From Octopus vulgaris (lineage: Eukaryota), in contig OX597821.1 of the NCBI GenBank assembly GCA_951406725.2, positions 45,694,001-45,758,000 on the forward strand: DNA of 64,000 bases, written 5' to 3'. Shown one piece after another: positions 41,833 to 53,996 of the stretch; the first letter of the stretch is position 1, and every line of letters begins with the position of its first letter. A program made the translations under genes and the position numbers. The notes under the pieces are model-generated. The model was given only the letters and a program-made list of their open reading frames with translations, was not told the origin of the DNA and did not search any database.

Positions 41833-43334
41833 GTCTATACATGTGCACAGTTATTCATACATGATAACTCAAACACATGCGTATGCAAGCACATATTTGG
41901 TCATACACGCACGTACGCACATATAGACAAGAATGGGAAATGAGAAAAGGCTAAAACTAATTATCAAATCATTGATCGTCAGGAACAAATCGGCCAGTCA
42001 TTTTACTATAAATATCCTTTAAGGCAATAACTTTAATTCTATAAGTTTGACTATTAGAAATATGTATGAGACGTTTCACCACAAACAATCGTTTTATCCA
42101 GAGTGTAATTTATATCTCTTTTGTGCAATTCTAGTGAAATTCAAGTAGAATTCTAACTCTTGGGGTTCGTGTGGTCATGAAAGGTGCATATAACTTTACT
42201 TTTATTTTTTATTGCTTTTGTCATTGTATTGCAACCGTGCTCAGATAACGACTTAATAGGTTTATTCACACATAACGGGTGCAGTTCTTATTTCAGTATG
42301 GTACTTATTTTGTCAATATCTCTTTATTGAATGGGTAAGTTACGGGACCTAAAGGAATAGAACCTAACGTAAATATAAACGCAGCTACAGGCGCACATAC
42401 TTACACATAACACGCACGTGTACATCCAAGCTCATATACAGATATATGTATGTATAAATACAATATCCGTCTGTACAGTTACCGTCTACCAAATTCCAGT
42501 ATCAGTACCGGTCATCCCAGGGCCAGTTTTGAGAAATACACGGAACGTACAATTAATTTAATATTAATATTAATAACTTTTTCTCCTGTTTCTATAATCG
42601 AACGCGTATCCACACATTTATTATCTCTCTCCCTCCCTTTATCCCCCATTCCCTCCATCTCTCCTATCTCACTTTATGCATATATATTGTGTTATATTAT
42701 AGGGACATATCAATATTGATGTACTCTACACTTAGTATTCGTAGGGCTTCGGAAATTTGTTGTTATTGGACATAGAGCAAGTAAAAGTAATTAACACTTT
42801 GTAGAATGAAATAAAGAAAGTGTCATTTAAGGACGTGACGTACACATGTGGAAGAGTGTCGAAGCCGAGAGCAAAGTATTGCTCATATTCTGCCAGTGGT
42901 TAAAAATAATGCTATGTGGTTTAGAAGGTTCAAGAATAGCACCTGATTTTGGTGTGGTGATTGCATGGTTTCCAGAATGAAGAAAGTGTGCTTTGGCGTA
43001 ACTCTAAGCAAATCTGGGATCCTTTCAAAGTATCAATGTTGCTGGTAATGATTGGTTAAGGTGATATTTTCCGAAGGGAATAATGTTTTTGAGATAGGGG
43101 CACGATCTATATCAAATGTATTTCATGGCAGGCATCTCCAAATCGTAGACTTTAAGCTGAATAAAAGTATGCATCTTAGTGTGTATGTGCCCGCGCATGT
43201 ATATCTATATTTCGATTCGGTTTATGTTAAACATTGATTCTGGTTTGTGATAAATGCAATTAACGTGTGTATACAATAGTGAATTTTCAATACAGTTGCT
43301 TTTTCGTTGATTAGAACAATGTATGTGTATGTAT

Positions 43335-43391
<57 letters not shown>

Positions 43392-43419
43392 AGTGCGAAA
43401 CATAAATTTATGGCCTCTT

Positions 43420-43618
43420 AAATTTTGGCACAAGGTCAGTATTTTCAGGGGAGAGGTAAGTCGATTACATCGGTCCCAGTGCTTCACTAGTACTTCTTTT
43501 ATCGACCCCGAAAGGATGAAAGTCAGCCCAGGCGGAATTTGAACTCAGCACATAAAGACAGACGAAATGCTACTAAACACTTGCCTGGCGTGCTGACGAT
43601 TCTGCCAGCTCTCCGCCT
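43420..43618 (-). mobile_element. Deu/Nin-type SINE
   Basis: atcgaccccgaaaggatgaaag...ggaatttgaactcag...tctgccagctc. Confidence 0.85.
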
Positions 43619-43804
43619 TATGTCCTCTTAAATACTGAATAGTTATTTCAATGCGTGTGACTTAATTTTATCTGTTGTGTCTCTTCGTTTATATTATATT
43701 ATATGTAGCTCTGAATTCGATGTTCTTCGGTATATTCCTTGGAACATTCCATGAAACATTTGTACGATGTTCCTTTTGATAAAAAATTATCTTTATGTAT
43801 GCAC

Positions 43805-44018
43805 AAGGCAGTAAGCTGACAGAATCGTTAGCGCGTTCGACAAGATGTTTAGCGGCAGTTTTTCTATGTCTGTATGTTCTGAGTTCAAATACCGTCGAAA
43901 TCAGCTTTGCTTTTCGTGCATTCAGGATCGATAAAATTAGTAGAAGTCAAGAATTGATGTCGATGTAAACGACTTATTCCTCCCTTGAAATTGCTGGCTT
44001 TTTCCTCAGAATTTGAAA
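43805..44018 (+). mobile_element. Deu/Nin-type SINE, diverged
   Basis: gctgacagaatcgttagc...gagttcaaatacc...gatcgataaaa. Confidence 0.78.
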
Positions 44019-44297
44019 AATTGTACTACGTACGTATGTATGCAGTTATACGAGTGTCTGAGCTTATATGTAGTGTGTATTTATGTATATAGGTGTTTGT
44101 ACACACAAACACACACACAGAATTCTTTGCAACTTTCTACAGATTAAATTCGTAGAATTAACTACACTAATGCATTACGTTCTATTTTCTTCTGCATCTT
44201 CTGCCAAAGCTGTATGCATACATATATACGTACACATACCTATGTATATATAATACAGTACACACACACACGCATGCACACACACACACACACATAG

Positions 44298-44440
44298 AGT
44301 TTTACGTGCGATTGCAGAGCTATTGAATTTTGCTATATTTATCATATATAAAGTCTTGTGTCTGAGCATTTTGATTTAACGTTAAATGCTCAGGTTAGGT
44401 ATACTAGGATGTGTTGCTGCGAACGCTTGGATCTTAATTC
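44298..44440 (+). repeat. Copy 1 of a ~140-bp direct repeat containing a hairpin (copy 2 at 46418-46557)
   Basis: Shared tttatcatatataaagt..tgtctgagc..taaatgctcagRttaggtata..atgtgttgctg.gaacgctt. Confidence 0.85.
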
Positions 44441-45015
44441 ACACATACACACACACACACAAAAACCGCACTCGCGCGCGCGCACACACACGTACACACA
44501 TGTATATATATCTATATTTTTTGTTCATCCATTGTTTGTCCGTCACATTTTGTTTTGCTATGTTTTGGTTGCATTCCCGGCAAGTTTTTTTGCTGGTGTC
44601 TCGAGAATGGAAGCAATCTTATCGATAATGGCACGAAATTGTGTTTGATACCCTGACCAATAATTGATGAGGAGTTGATCACCTTCTGTATTTGTCTTCC
44701 GTACGTTAGTATATAATTTTCAACTTGATATTCTGCGTGTGATTTCGTTCCTTTGTTTATTACTACACGTGTTTTCACTTACGAATATATATGTATATGG
44801 CACAAAAGAAAAAAACGGTTCCCCGGATTCCGTATGAGGTATTTTGCACAACAACATAGCACGTCACCTGGTCCAGGAATCGAAACCACAGTTTTACGTT
44901 TATGAGTGAAATACCCAGCCACCAGGCGACGTCCCTCAGCACATATGCATGCGCACCTGTATTCACCGTTCACGGACATGCATATATACATGAATCAACT
45001 GTCACACGTATATAT

Positions 45016-45059
<44 letters not shown>

Positions 45060-45064
45060 TATAT

Positions 45065-45256
45065 TCTTCTACTGCAGCCACGCTGGAGCACCGCCTTTAC
45101 TTGAACAAATCGACCATAGGAATTATACTTCGTGAGCCTACTACTTATTCTATCGGTTTTTTTTTGCCGAACCGCTATGTTACGGGGTTGTCAAACAGTG
45201 TGGTGGGGGACAAACACAAACACACAAACATATACATACATACATACATACATACA

Positions 45257-45334
<78 letters not shown>

Positions 45335-45498
45335 GAACGAGCGTCTTTTACTTTCCGTCTACCAAATCAACTCATGGGACTTTGACCGGCACGAGACTAT
45401 AATAGTAGACACTGGCCCAAGGTGCCACATAGTGGGATTGAACCTGGAACCATGCGGTTGGGAAGCAAGCTTCTTACTACACAGCCACTCCTGCGCCT
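45065..45498 (-). mobile_element. CORE-type SINE with internal microsatellite
   Basis: Reverse complement of aggcgcaggagtggctgtgtagtaag head and body. Confidence 0.85.
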
Positions 45499-45510
45499 AT
45501 AATAAATAAA

Positions 45511-45550
<40 letters not shown>

Positions 45551-45647
45551 GAGAGAGAGAGAGAGAGAAAGAGAAAGGGAGAGGGGGGAAGATAACTGAA
45601 TAGAAAGACAGATATATATATATATATACATACATACACACACACAT

Positions 45648-45678
<31 letters not shown>

Positions 45679-45791
45679 CATATATGCATGTGTGTATACG
45701 TATGTATATGTATATATATATAAGTATATATATATGTGTATGTATATATATGTATATATATATGTATATATCTGTATATATATGTATATAT

Positions 45792-45957
45792 ACGACGTCT
45801 TCCTTTTCTATTGAGACTTTTCCTCTATTCCTAAAGAAGAGCTTTGCTCGAAACGTAAAACCACCTTTCTTTCCTTCCCTGAGCGTCTGCTAATACTGTA
45901 CATGTAACATATACTCGCGTTGTTGTTTTTTGTGTTTATTTTTCGATTTTGGGATTT

Positions 45958-45960
<3 letters not shown>
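45792..45960 (+). mobile_element. Solo PLE-type 3' tail with degenerate hammerhead-like motif, ending in (TA)n
   Basis: CTAAAGAA GAGC ttt GCTC GAAAC GTA aaac at ~45831-45861; homologous to 26320-26520. Confidence 0.7.
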
Positions 45961-46026
<66 letters not shown>

Positions 46027-46417
46027 TAGAGAGACAGTGAGAGAGAGAAGTAGTCAGGCAATTTGTTTATATGTACATACTTGTACGCATACACACAAAC
46101 ATTCTCTGAACACAAAACTAAAAATAAACGGCATTTACCAACAATGAATGATGATCATACTGCGAATGTGCAAACTTTGACCCGTGAAAATCGAATCCCG
46201 GAGAAGTAGAATTGTGTTGTCGCATAATTTGTGTCGCGCCTTTTCATATATAAGCAGAAATAGAACTGGGTTATTCTCGGCCATTTGACTGTCTGAATGC
46301 TGAATAACTAGGAAGACATGTAACTGGTAATGAAACGGTGAGAGCTACATGATTGGGGCTCGACCGTTTTTCAGCCATATTTTATGTTTTACAGCAGCAA
46401 AGTAATTGTCACAGACA

Positions 46418-46557
46418 GTTTTATGTGCGATTACAGAGTTGTTTAATTTTGTTACATTTATCATATATAAAGTATTATGTCTGAGCGTTCTAATTTAACT
46501 GTAAATGCTCAGATTAGGTATAAGAATGTGTTGCTGGGAACGCTTCTATCATAATTT
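46418..46557 (+). repeat. Copy 2 of the hairpin-containing direct repeat
   Basis: Alignable by eye to 44298-44440. Confidence 0.85.
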
Positions 46558-47194
46558 GGAGACACACACACGCACACACATTCACACACGTATACATACA
46601 AACGTACATACATACATACACACATATATGTATATGTACATACACATACACAAAGTACATACTTGTATCTCATGCTTTGCTTTGCACAACGTTGTTGTTC
46701 TTTGGAAGGGTCATTTTGCCAATAAAAACACATGCACTGGGGTTTCCTTTTGTTTTCTTTTTTTGACTATTATCAGATAAGTTGTTGACTAATTAGATAG
46801 TCAATCAGCTAGATCTATGGTGTCTCTACCAGCGCGTAGTTATTAATGAAGTACTGTTATTTGCTGCAATTTTGTTATAAATTAATTTCTCTGTATTTTT
46901 TTTCTCAGTATTTCTATCTCTTTGCATTCGGATTGTGTCAGCTGCTTGAATTAGAATGGTTATGTTATGCGTGAATTTTTTGTTGCAAGGTTAGCAGTTT
47001 CGACTGTGAGTGCTAACGTATATGTTTATTCAAGTGTACAAGTAAGTAATTAAATAAGTATGTATGTATGTATGTATGTATGTATGTATGTATGTATGTA
47101 TGTATGTATGTATGTATGTATGTATGTATGTATGTGTGGATGAATGGATGGATGGGGGAGTAAATCCTATACAGAATAAAGAAGGTTTAGAGAA

Positions 47195-48180
47195 CTTCAG
47201 GAATCTGGAAAGTAGGCTTTGGTCACTACATAGTATTTGATTAAGCACTAAGTTATCACTCCACAAAACTGGTGTACTCAACGCTGTTTGAGACATATGC
47301 TACATTTGGTGTGCACAACACATGCCCTGGTGAAGTTCTAAGCATTGAGACCATCATCGTTCGAAGGTGGAGCGGACATCTTGTTAAAATCAGGAGTGGC
47401 TGTGTGGTAAGTAACTTGCTTACCAACCACATGGTTCCGGGTTCTTTCCCACTGCGTGGCACCTTAGGCAAGTGTCTTCTACTATAGCCTTGTGCGGACC
47501 AAAGCCTTGTGAGTGGATTTGGTAGACGGAAACTGAAAGAAGCCCGTCGTATTTATGTATATGTGTATGTGTGTATATGTTTACATCTCGGTTTGGCAAA
47601 AGAGACCGATAGAATAAGTACTAAGCTTACAAAAATAAGTCGTGGGATCGATTTGTTCGACTAAAGGTGGTGTCTAGCATGGCCGAGTCAAATGACTGAA
47701 ACAAGTAAAAGAGTAAAAGAGTAATACCAAATTCCAAAGCAACTGTTTTATGGGGAATTGAAAAACAAAGAGGAAATCCTCCATCATAAGATGAACTTGA
47801 AGAAATGTACTATTTCTTTTGTGAACTGGGAGGAAGACGCTGCTGGTTGAGCATAGCAGTGAAACACAATCTTTGATGGTTGCATTATTTGTGGGGGAAA
47901 GAACTTAGGATGCGTCATACAAAAAGCAATACGGAAGAGGAAGCAAACTCTAACATCAAAGCTGCGGACAAACGTAGTCAATGTGAAATATTTGGAAAAA
48001 TCAGTAATTTTCTTGCTAGTTTCAAGAGCTACATGAAAGGCCATCACGATATGAAGCAGCTACAGTATATCTCGTAAATGATGAAATCAAGAGTTGGCAT
48101 GAACAGTCATTTGCAAAGTCATGAAAACAACGAAGCTCAAGAAGAAATTCCAAGACGTCATACTCAAGGACGAGTTGACA

Positions 48181-48181
<1 letters not shown>
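47195..48181 (+). mobile_element. Decayed RTE-clade (BovB-like) LINE 3' region, interrupted by a SINE, with (TATG)n tail
   Basis: NLESRLWSLHSI..STKLS, SIETIIVRRWSGHLV, IPKQLFYGEL, NLKKC.I...WEEDA and degenerate C2H2-like CEIFGK..ASFKSYMKGH. Confidence 0.8.
47391..47722 (+). mobile_element. CORE-type SINE nested in the RTE remnant
   Basis: caggagtggctgtgtggtaag...acaagtaaaagagtaaaagagt separates RWSGHLV from IPKQLFYGEL. Confidence 0.9.
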
Positions 48182-48211
<30 letters not shown>

Positions 48212-48293
48212 TGTATGTATGTATGTATGTATGTATGCATGCATATGCATGTATGCATGTATGTATGTATGTATTATTAATATTATTATTAAG

Positions 48294-48490
48294 CAGGCAA
48301 ACTGGTAGAATCGTTAGCATGCCGAGTGCAATGCTTAGCGAAAGTCTTTACGTTCTGAGTTCGAGTTCAGATGGGGGTCGACTTTGCCTTTCATCCTTTC
48401 GGAGTCGATAAAATAAGTACCAGTTGAACACTGGAGTCGATGTAATGGACTTATCCCCGCCCCCAAAATCTCGGGTTTTGAGAGATTATT
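48294..48490 (+). mobile_element. Deu/Nin-type SINE
   Basis: gtcgactttgcctttcatcctttcggagtcgataaaataagtaccag. Confidence 0.83.
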
Positions 48491-48591
48491 CTTTGATGAA
48501 AACTCTCAGCTTATTTTGTTGAGTTTGATAGAAAGTGTCAGCTGTCCACAGCCAGCAGACTAAGGTGACACCTGTTTACTGGTTATGCTTC

Positions 48592-48770
48592 AAGAACGTT
48601 GCGAAGAATTCTTGCAGTTCCAATCAATGCTGATTTTTGTAGGCGTTCTATCTTTACATTTGTACCAATCTTTGTTGAGTTCTGGTATTCCCAAGTGCGC
48701 CAATTACTATTGGTATCTCGTCTACTCTCCTCATTGACCACAACCTTTGTATTTCTCATTTCAAATTGCC
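48592..48770 (-). mobile_element. 3' end remnant of an R4/Dong-type (RLE) non-LTR retrotransposon
   Basis: Minus strand reads PIVIGALG and IERLQKSALIGTARILRNVL, the typical C-terminus of these elements. Confidence 0.72.
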
Positions 48771-48776
48771 ATAGTT

Positions 48777-49025
<249 letters not shown>

Positions 49026-49030
49026 TACAG

Positions 49031-49153
49031 CAGTTTGATTCGATTCCGCGGAACTTCAAGACTCGCAGGCCGCTAACGGGAGCCTTATTCCTTCAGCCTT
49101 CTGGAATGCCGGGGTTTGCGAAACTTGAAGTAACACAGAACCGAATCAAACTG
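49031..49153. repeat. Imperfect fold-back, 37-bp arms (MITE-like or structured RNA)
   Basis: cagtttgattcgattcc...tcgca versus tgcga...gaaccgaatcaaactg. Confidence 0.75.
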
Positions 49154-49464
49154 TTTTCAATAATATATGTAACTCCTATGAAATGTGTTGAGTGCCCTTC
49201 TCTTTCGGTTGTCCACTTACTCGTATAAACACATATATAAATGTGTGTGTGCATGTGTGTTTGCGCGTGTATGTATACAGAGAGAGAAAGAGAGAGAGAA
49301 AAGGAAAGAGAAGGCGAGAAAGAGAGAGAGAGAGAGAGTAAGAGAGAAAAGAGAGAGAGACACAGGCATGGCTGTGGTTAAAAAGCTCGCGTTGTAACCA
49401 CACGTGTCGGGTCCAGTCCTAATGTCCATTATCTTAGACAAGTGACTTCTACTTTAGACTGTGG

Positions 49465-49603
49465 ATGGGAAGACTTGAGGGTATATCAGCCGAAACGTTG
49501 TGTTAATAATAAACAAGATGAGGACAAATATCCGTCAAATGTAAATAATGTAAATAATGTAAATAATGTACATAATTCCTCATCTCTTAAATATAGAACT
49601 GTA
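49465..49603 (+). mobile_element. Probable PLE-type tail fragment with 3' half of a hammerhead-like motif
   Basis: ...gagggtatat CAGCC GAAAC GTT; 5' core lost; followed by (aatgtaaat)n. Confidence 0.4.
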
Positions 49604-49654
49604 TGTATATAAGTTTGTAGATATGTATCTTTGTGTTTGGTTTGTGTTTCATGA

Positions 49655-49830
49655 GTCGCATGGGAGGACATGATATGAAGCAGGTGCAATATCTCGAGAA
49701 AATTATTTTAAAGTGCAATATATGTGACAAAGTGAAGCTGAAAGCTTGCATGAAGAGTCATTTATGAAGTCATACAAGGAAAGAGGCTCAAGAAGAAATT
49801 CCAAGGCGTCGAGAACTAGTTGACAACTAA
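49655..49830 (+). mobile_element. Second RTE 3' end fragment
   Basis: Homologous to 48035-48181 (gatatgaagcag...gctcaagaagaaattccaag...gttgacaa). Confidence 0.72.
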
Positions 49831-49918
49831 TATGTATCTATGCATGCATGTAAGTACTATGTATGTATCTATTTATCTATGTATAATATATATATATATA
49901 CATATAAACATATATACA

Positions 49919-50800
49919 TCACCGAAACAGAAAACTTGGCAAGGATACCCCCGTATCGCATCACTCCGCTCAAATGGTCATTCGCTACAGCTGTCTGTGT
50001 TCGGACTGTCTTTGCACAGAGGTCACCCAGACTCTCGCCTCCACCGTGAACAAAAATTAGCTTTCTTTCTTCATTCATTTGCTCCTTATGGTCTTAATTT
50101 GTCACTTCTCTTCATCTAAAACCAGCCCTACATACACTTACAAACATCTCCCACCTTTAACTGCCTCTCCTCCTCCACCCACGCATCTGTGTACTGCCTA
50201 ACGCAGTACCCCCACCACACACACACCATTATATAAACACCCATACAGTGTTCAACTCAGTATCGACACTACACACCATTCACACACTCACATGCATATA
50301 TAATCACACTTACCTTCCCATTCCAAACACACTGGCACCCAATAACTTTCAGCTCTTAATTCTCTCACTCCCATCCCGCCTCGCACACAATATTCACTCA
50401 TAAAAACACACACAATATATACGCACACAACACGCAGAAACATAGGCAATATACACACGCACACAACATACACAATCACATACAACTTTTGCGCATAAAC
50501 ATATATACACAATATACATGCACACTATAGGTACACATTCACACTTCCTGCACACACATACAGACACACAAACACAGACGCACACATACGTTCACACACA
50601 CACACACACTACTCGAACAAGTACACATCCGAGCCGTTTGAGTAGTCACCACTGACAATGTATATGGTATAGACGAAACTAGGCCTAGTCTGGTTGATCC
50701 CCGAGACGGTCATGAAGCGGTTACCTTCCTTGTCAGTATATGTCTATATTTGCGCTCTTACAACATTAAGAGTATTTTAACTCTTATTTCTAGCACTGCA
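49919..50800 (+). mobile_element. 5'-truncated Penelope-like element (end of GIY-YIG domain plus 3' tail)
   Basis: LSVFGLSLHRGHPDSRLHREQKLAFFLHSFAPYGLN is homologous to the PLE coding end at 8080-8250; hammerhead-like motif at 50646-50697. Confidence 0.8.
50646..50697 (+). ncRNA. Type I hammerhead-like motif with 12-nt palindromic stem III (degenerate core)
   Basis: acca CTGACAA tgtata tgg tatagac GAA ACTAGGCCTAGT C tggt; GUC triplet ends at 50690. Confidence 0.6.
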
Positions 50801-50862
50801 GGTCCTTCGGCACCCTTAGTCATATTTAGTGACGATTGAACTTTTTCTTTATGGTATGACAT

Positions 50863-51163
50863 TGCACCTGGCTTGTGGTAATAAACTTGCTTCCCAATCA
50901 CATGGTTCTGGGTTCAGTCCCACGATGTGATATCTTGGGAAAGTATCTCATGCTATAGCCTCGGGCCGACCAAAGCCATGTGATGGACTTAGTAGATGGA
51001 AACTGAAACAAGTTCGTCGTATATATATATATATATCGGTTCGACAAAAAAGACCGATAGAATAAGTACTAGGCTTACATAGAATAATTCCTGGGATTGA
51101 TTTATTCGATCAAAGGCGATGCTCCAGTATGGGCACAGTCAAATGAGTGAAACAAGTAAAAGA
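50863..51163 (+). mobile_element. CORE-type SINE, internally deleted
   Basis: Head ggttctgggttcagtccc and tail aaacaagtaaaaga. Confidence 0.83.
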
Positions 51164-51214
51164 ATATATACTTACATACAAAGAGTGAGTGAGTAAGTGT
51201 GTGTGTGTGTGTGT

Positions 51215-51281
<67 letters not shown>

Positions 51282-51485
51282 GGAGAGAGAGAGAGAGAGA
51301 GAGAGAGGAAGAGAGAGAGAGAGTCGTAGGCTTCGGCGTGGGGTTTAGAAGCTCGAATAGCAACCACATCTTTCGGGGTTCTGTACCATTGCGTGGCAAT
51401 TCGGGCAAGTATCTTCTACTATGGCCTCAGGTTGACTAATACTTTGTGAGTAAATTTGGCAGACGCAAACTGTGTGGACGGCTGT

Positions 51486-51525
<40 letters not shown>

Positions 51526-51527
<2 letters not shown>

Positions 51528-51759
51528 GATAATAAGGAAAATGAAGAATTTGAACATTCAAACTTTATTTATAGTTGGTTTATTCATAATAATTGTTCGA
51601 CCCGTGTTTCGATCGTATTAATTGCATATTTATATGCATATTTACAATGAAAACAATATGTAATTAATGTGATTGAAAGGTATGTCGGACATTTATTATG
51701 AATAAATCATCTGTAAATAAAGTTTGAATGTACAAATTCTTTATTCTCCTTATTATCAA
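51526..51759 (+). repeat. Long imperfect inverted repeat, 105-bp arms with 24-nt spacer
   Basis: 51526-51630 versus 51655-51759: 88 of 105 positions Watson-Crick complementary by manual ungapped alignment. Confidence 0.92.
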
Positions 51760-51761
51760 TG

Positions 51762-52344
51762 TTCTTTACTACTGTAGGCACAAGGTCCAAAGTTTTTGGT
51801 GAAGGTGCCAGTCAATTAAATCGACGCCAGTATGCAACTGGTACTTAATTTATCGACCCCGAAAGAATGAAAGACAAACTCGACCTCGTCGGAATTTGGA
51901 CTCAGAACGTATAGACAGACGAAATACCAATTTCTTTACTACCCACATGGGGCTAAACACAGAGGGGACAAACAAGGACAGACAAAGGGATTAAGTCGAT
52001 TATATCGACCCCAGTGCGTAACTGGTACTCATTTAATCGACCCCGAAAGGATGAAAGGCAAAGTCGACCTCGGCGGAATTTGAACTCAGAACGTAGCGAC
52101 AGACGAAATACCTATTTCTTTACTACCCACAAGGGGCTAAACACAGAGAGGACAAACAAGGACAGACAAACGGATTAAGTCGATTATATCGACCCCAGTG
52201 CGTAACTGGTACTCATTTAATCGACCCCGAAAGGATGAAAGGCAAAGTCGACCTTGGCGGAATTTGAACTCAGAACGTAACGGCAGACGAAATACGGGTA
52301 CGCATTTCGCCCGGCGTGCTAACGGTTCTGCCAGCTCACCGCCT
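51762..52344 (-). mobile_element. Tandem/nested array of three Deu/Nin-type SINE units (~184-bp period)
   Basis: tttctttactacccac starts at ~51930 and ~52114; each junction falls at gacgaaatacc. Confidence 0.9.
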
Positions 52345-52513
52345 TCTTTATTATCATTATTGTACTTTACACGCTAAGTAGCCAGGAAAAACTGTAACAT
52401 TGGATGAGAGTTAAATGAAATTTACCGTAAAACGCACCATCTGTAGAAAGTAGCCTTGGCACTTTAGAGAAATTTGGTATCTGCCTGGATATTATATTCC
52501 TCCTCTTACTATA

Positions 52514-52550
<37 letters not shown>

Positions 52551-53996
52551 TTTATTCATATGCCTGTGTCTTTGTGTTTGTCTTCACACTTTGACAACCA
52601 ATGCTGGTTTCTTTATATCCTCGTAATTTAACTGCCAAATTCCACTCCCAATTCATTGGATAATTTCTTTTTATTGTAGAACACACTTACCAAGGTGCTA
52701 TACAAATGGGTTACCCACGGAAATCTGCGGTTCATAAGTGAATTTCTTAACCACACAACCGTGCCGGCTTAGATCAAGGATTAATTATCCACATTTATCA
52801 AGTAGTTTGCTTTAGTACACATAATATTGTTTAGAATATTTCTTAATATTAAAATATCAGTTGTATAAGCTATTATCTACCAAAATATTGATACGAATGA
52901 TTTAGTGTAAAATTTTCGAGATAATTCATGATATACAATTATAATATGGGAACCTATGGTTTAGTTTATTTAAATTTTACGATATTGTTGAACGGAACGT
53001 TTTTTTTTTATATCAACTATATCCGAATTGATTGATTATTTCGTAAATTCAAAGATATATATTAAAATACTAGCAAATGATTAAAAGGAGAAATAATTAT
53101 AAGTTATATTCGTGTAGAGTCATATTAACATATTTGAATACATTCAAAGGTAAGAAGACCCTCCGCTGCGGAAATTGTCCAGAGAAAAATTCTCCTCCTA
53201 GACAAGTGTGAAAACACATACTTGACTGTGAATGACCTCAATGGATCGTAAGATGTATACATTACTGCGTTCTTTCTCATCAACTACGAACATGAAATCT
53301 ATTTTAAAACACTTCCAGAATGTTATTTCATCAATTTATTTATTTAAATCTCATTTATTTACTGGCGTCTGTTATAAAGGGAAACGTAATATGTAAACCT
53401 TAATCTAAAAATCCCTATTTTCTAGTAGCTAGTGGATATAAATTTTTCAATGTTTGTGAATATTGCGAACCTCACGCGTGCGAGTAATCGAAATTTCACA
53501 CTGATACACAAATAGTGTGTGTGTGTGTGTGAGAGAGAGGGGGGGGGATAAGACTGATGTTGTAAAAGAACAGAAAAATAAGAGAGGAAGGAATAGTTTC
53601 CCAGTGGAGATTTATTGAGCATACGACACTGTGTCATGTATTCAGATGATAAGAGCAGGCAACGTATTACGTAAAGCGAAGAAAAAAACGATGGTATTTA
53701 CTAGTTTCCAATGTTTTACAAGGTATATCATGGTAACGATGTCATTTCGCTATTAGATATATATTAAAGAATTTTAAAACAAACTTTAGGGCCAACAAAG
53801 TTGGTAGTGTACGTCCATTATTAACTGTGACGCGTTGTAAACCATAAATTTAGATTACACACGCACACACACACAAGAATGGCTGGTGACATAGAGTAAA
53901 ACTTAGGCTTCAGATATACGAGAGCAAAGGCATTTCCCCTTGCATCGTTAAGGACTTTGCCAAAAGCAGTTACGCGATTCTCTCTTTTATAATAAA

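Noticed and set aside
51930-52300. Regularly spaced repeats superficially like a CRISPR array
   Set aside because: Whole ~184-bp units are repeated with no unique spacers; they are SINE copies in eukaryotic DNA
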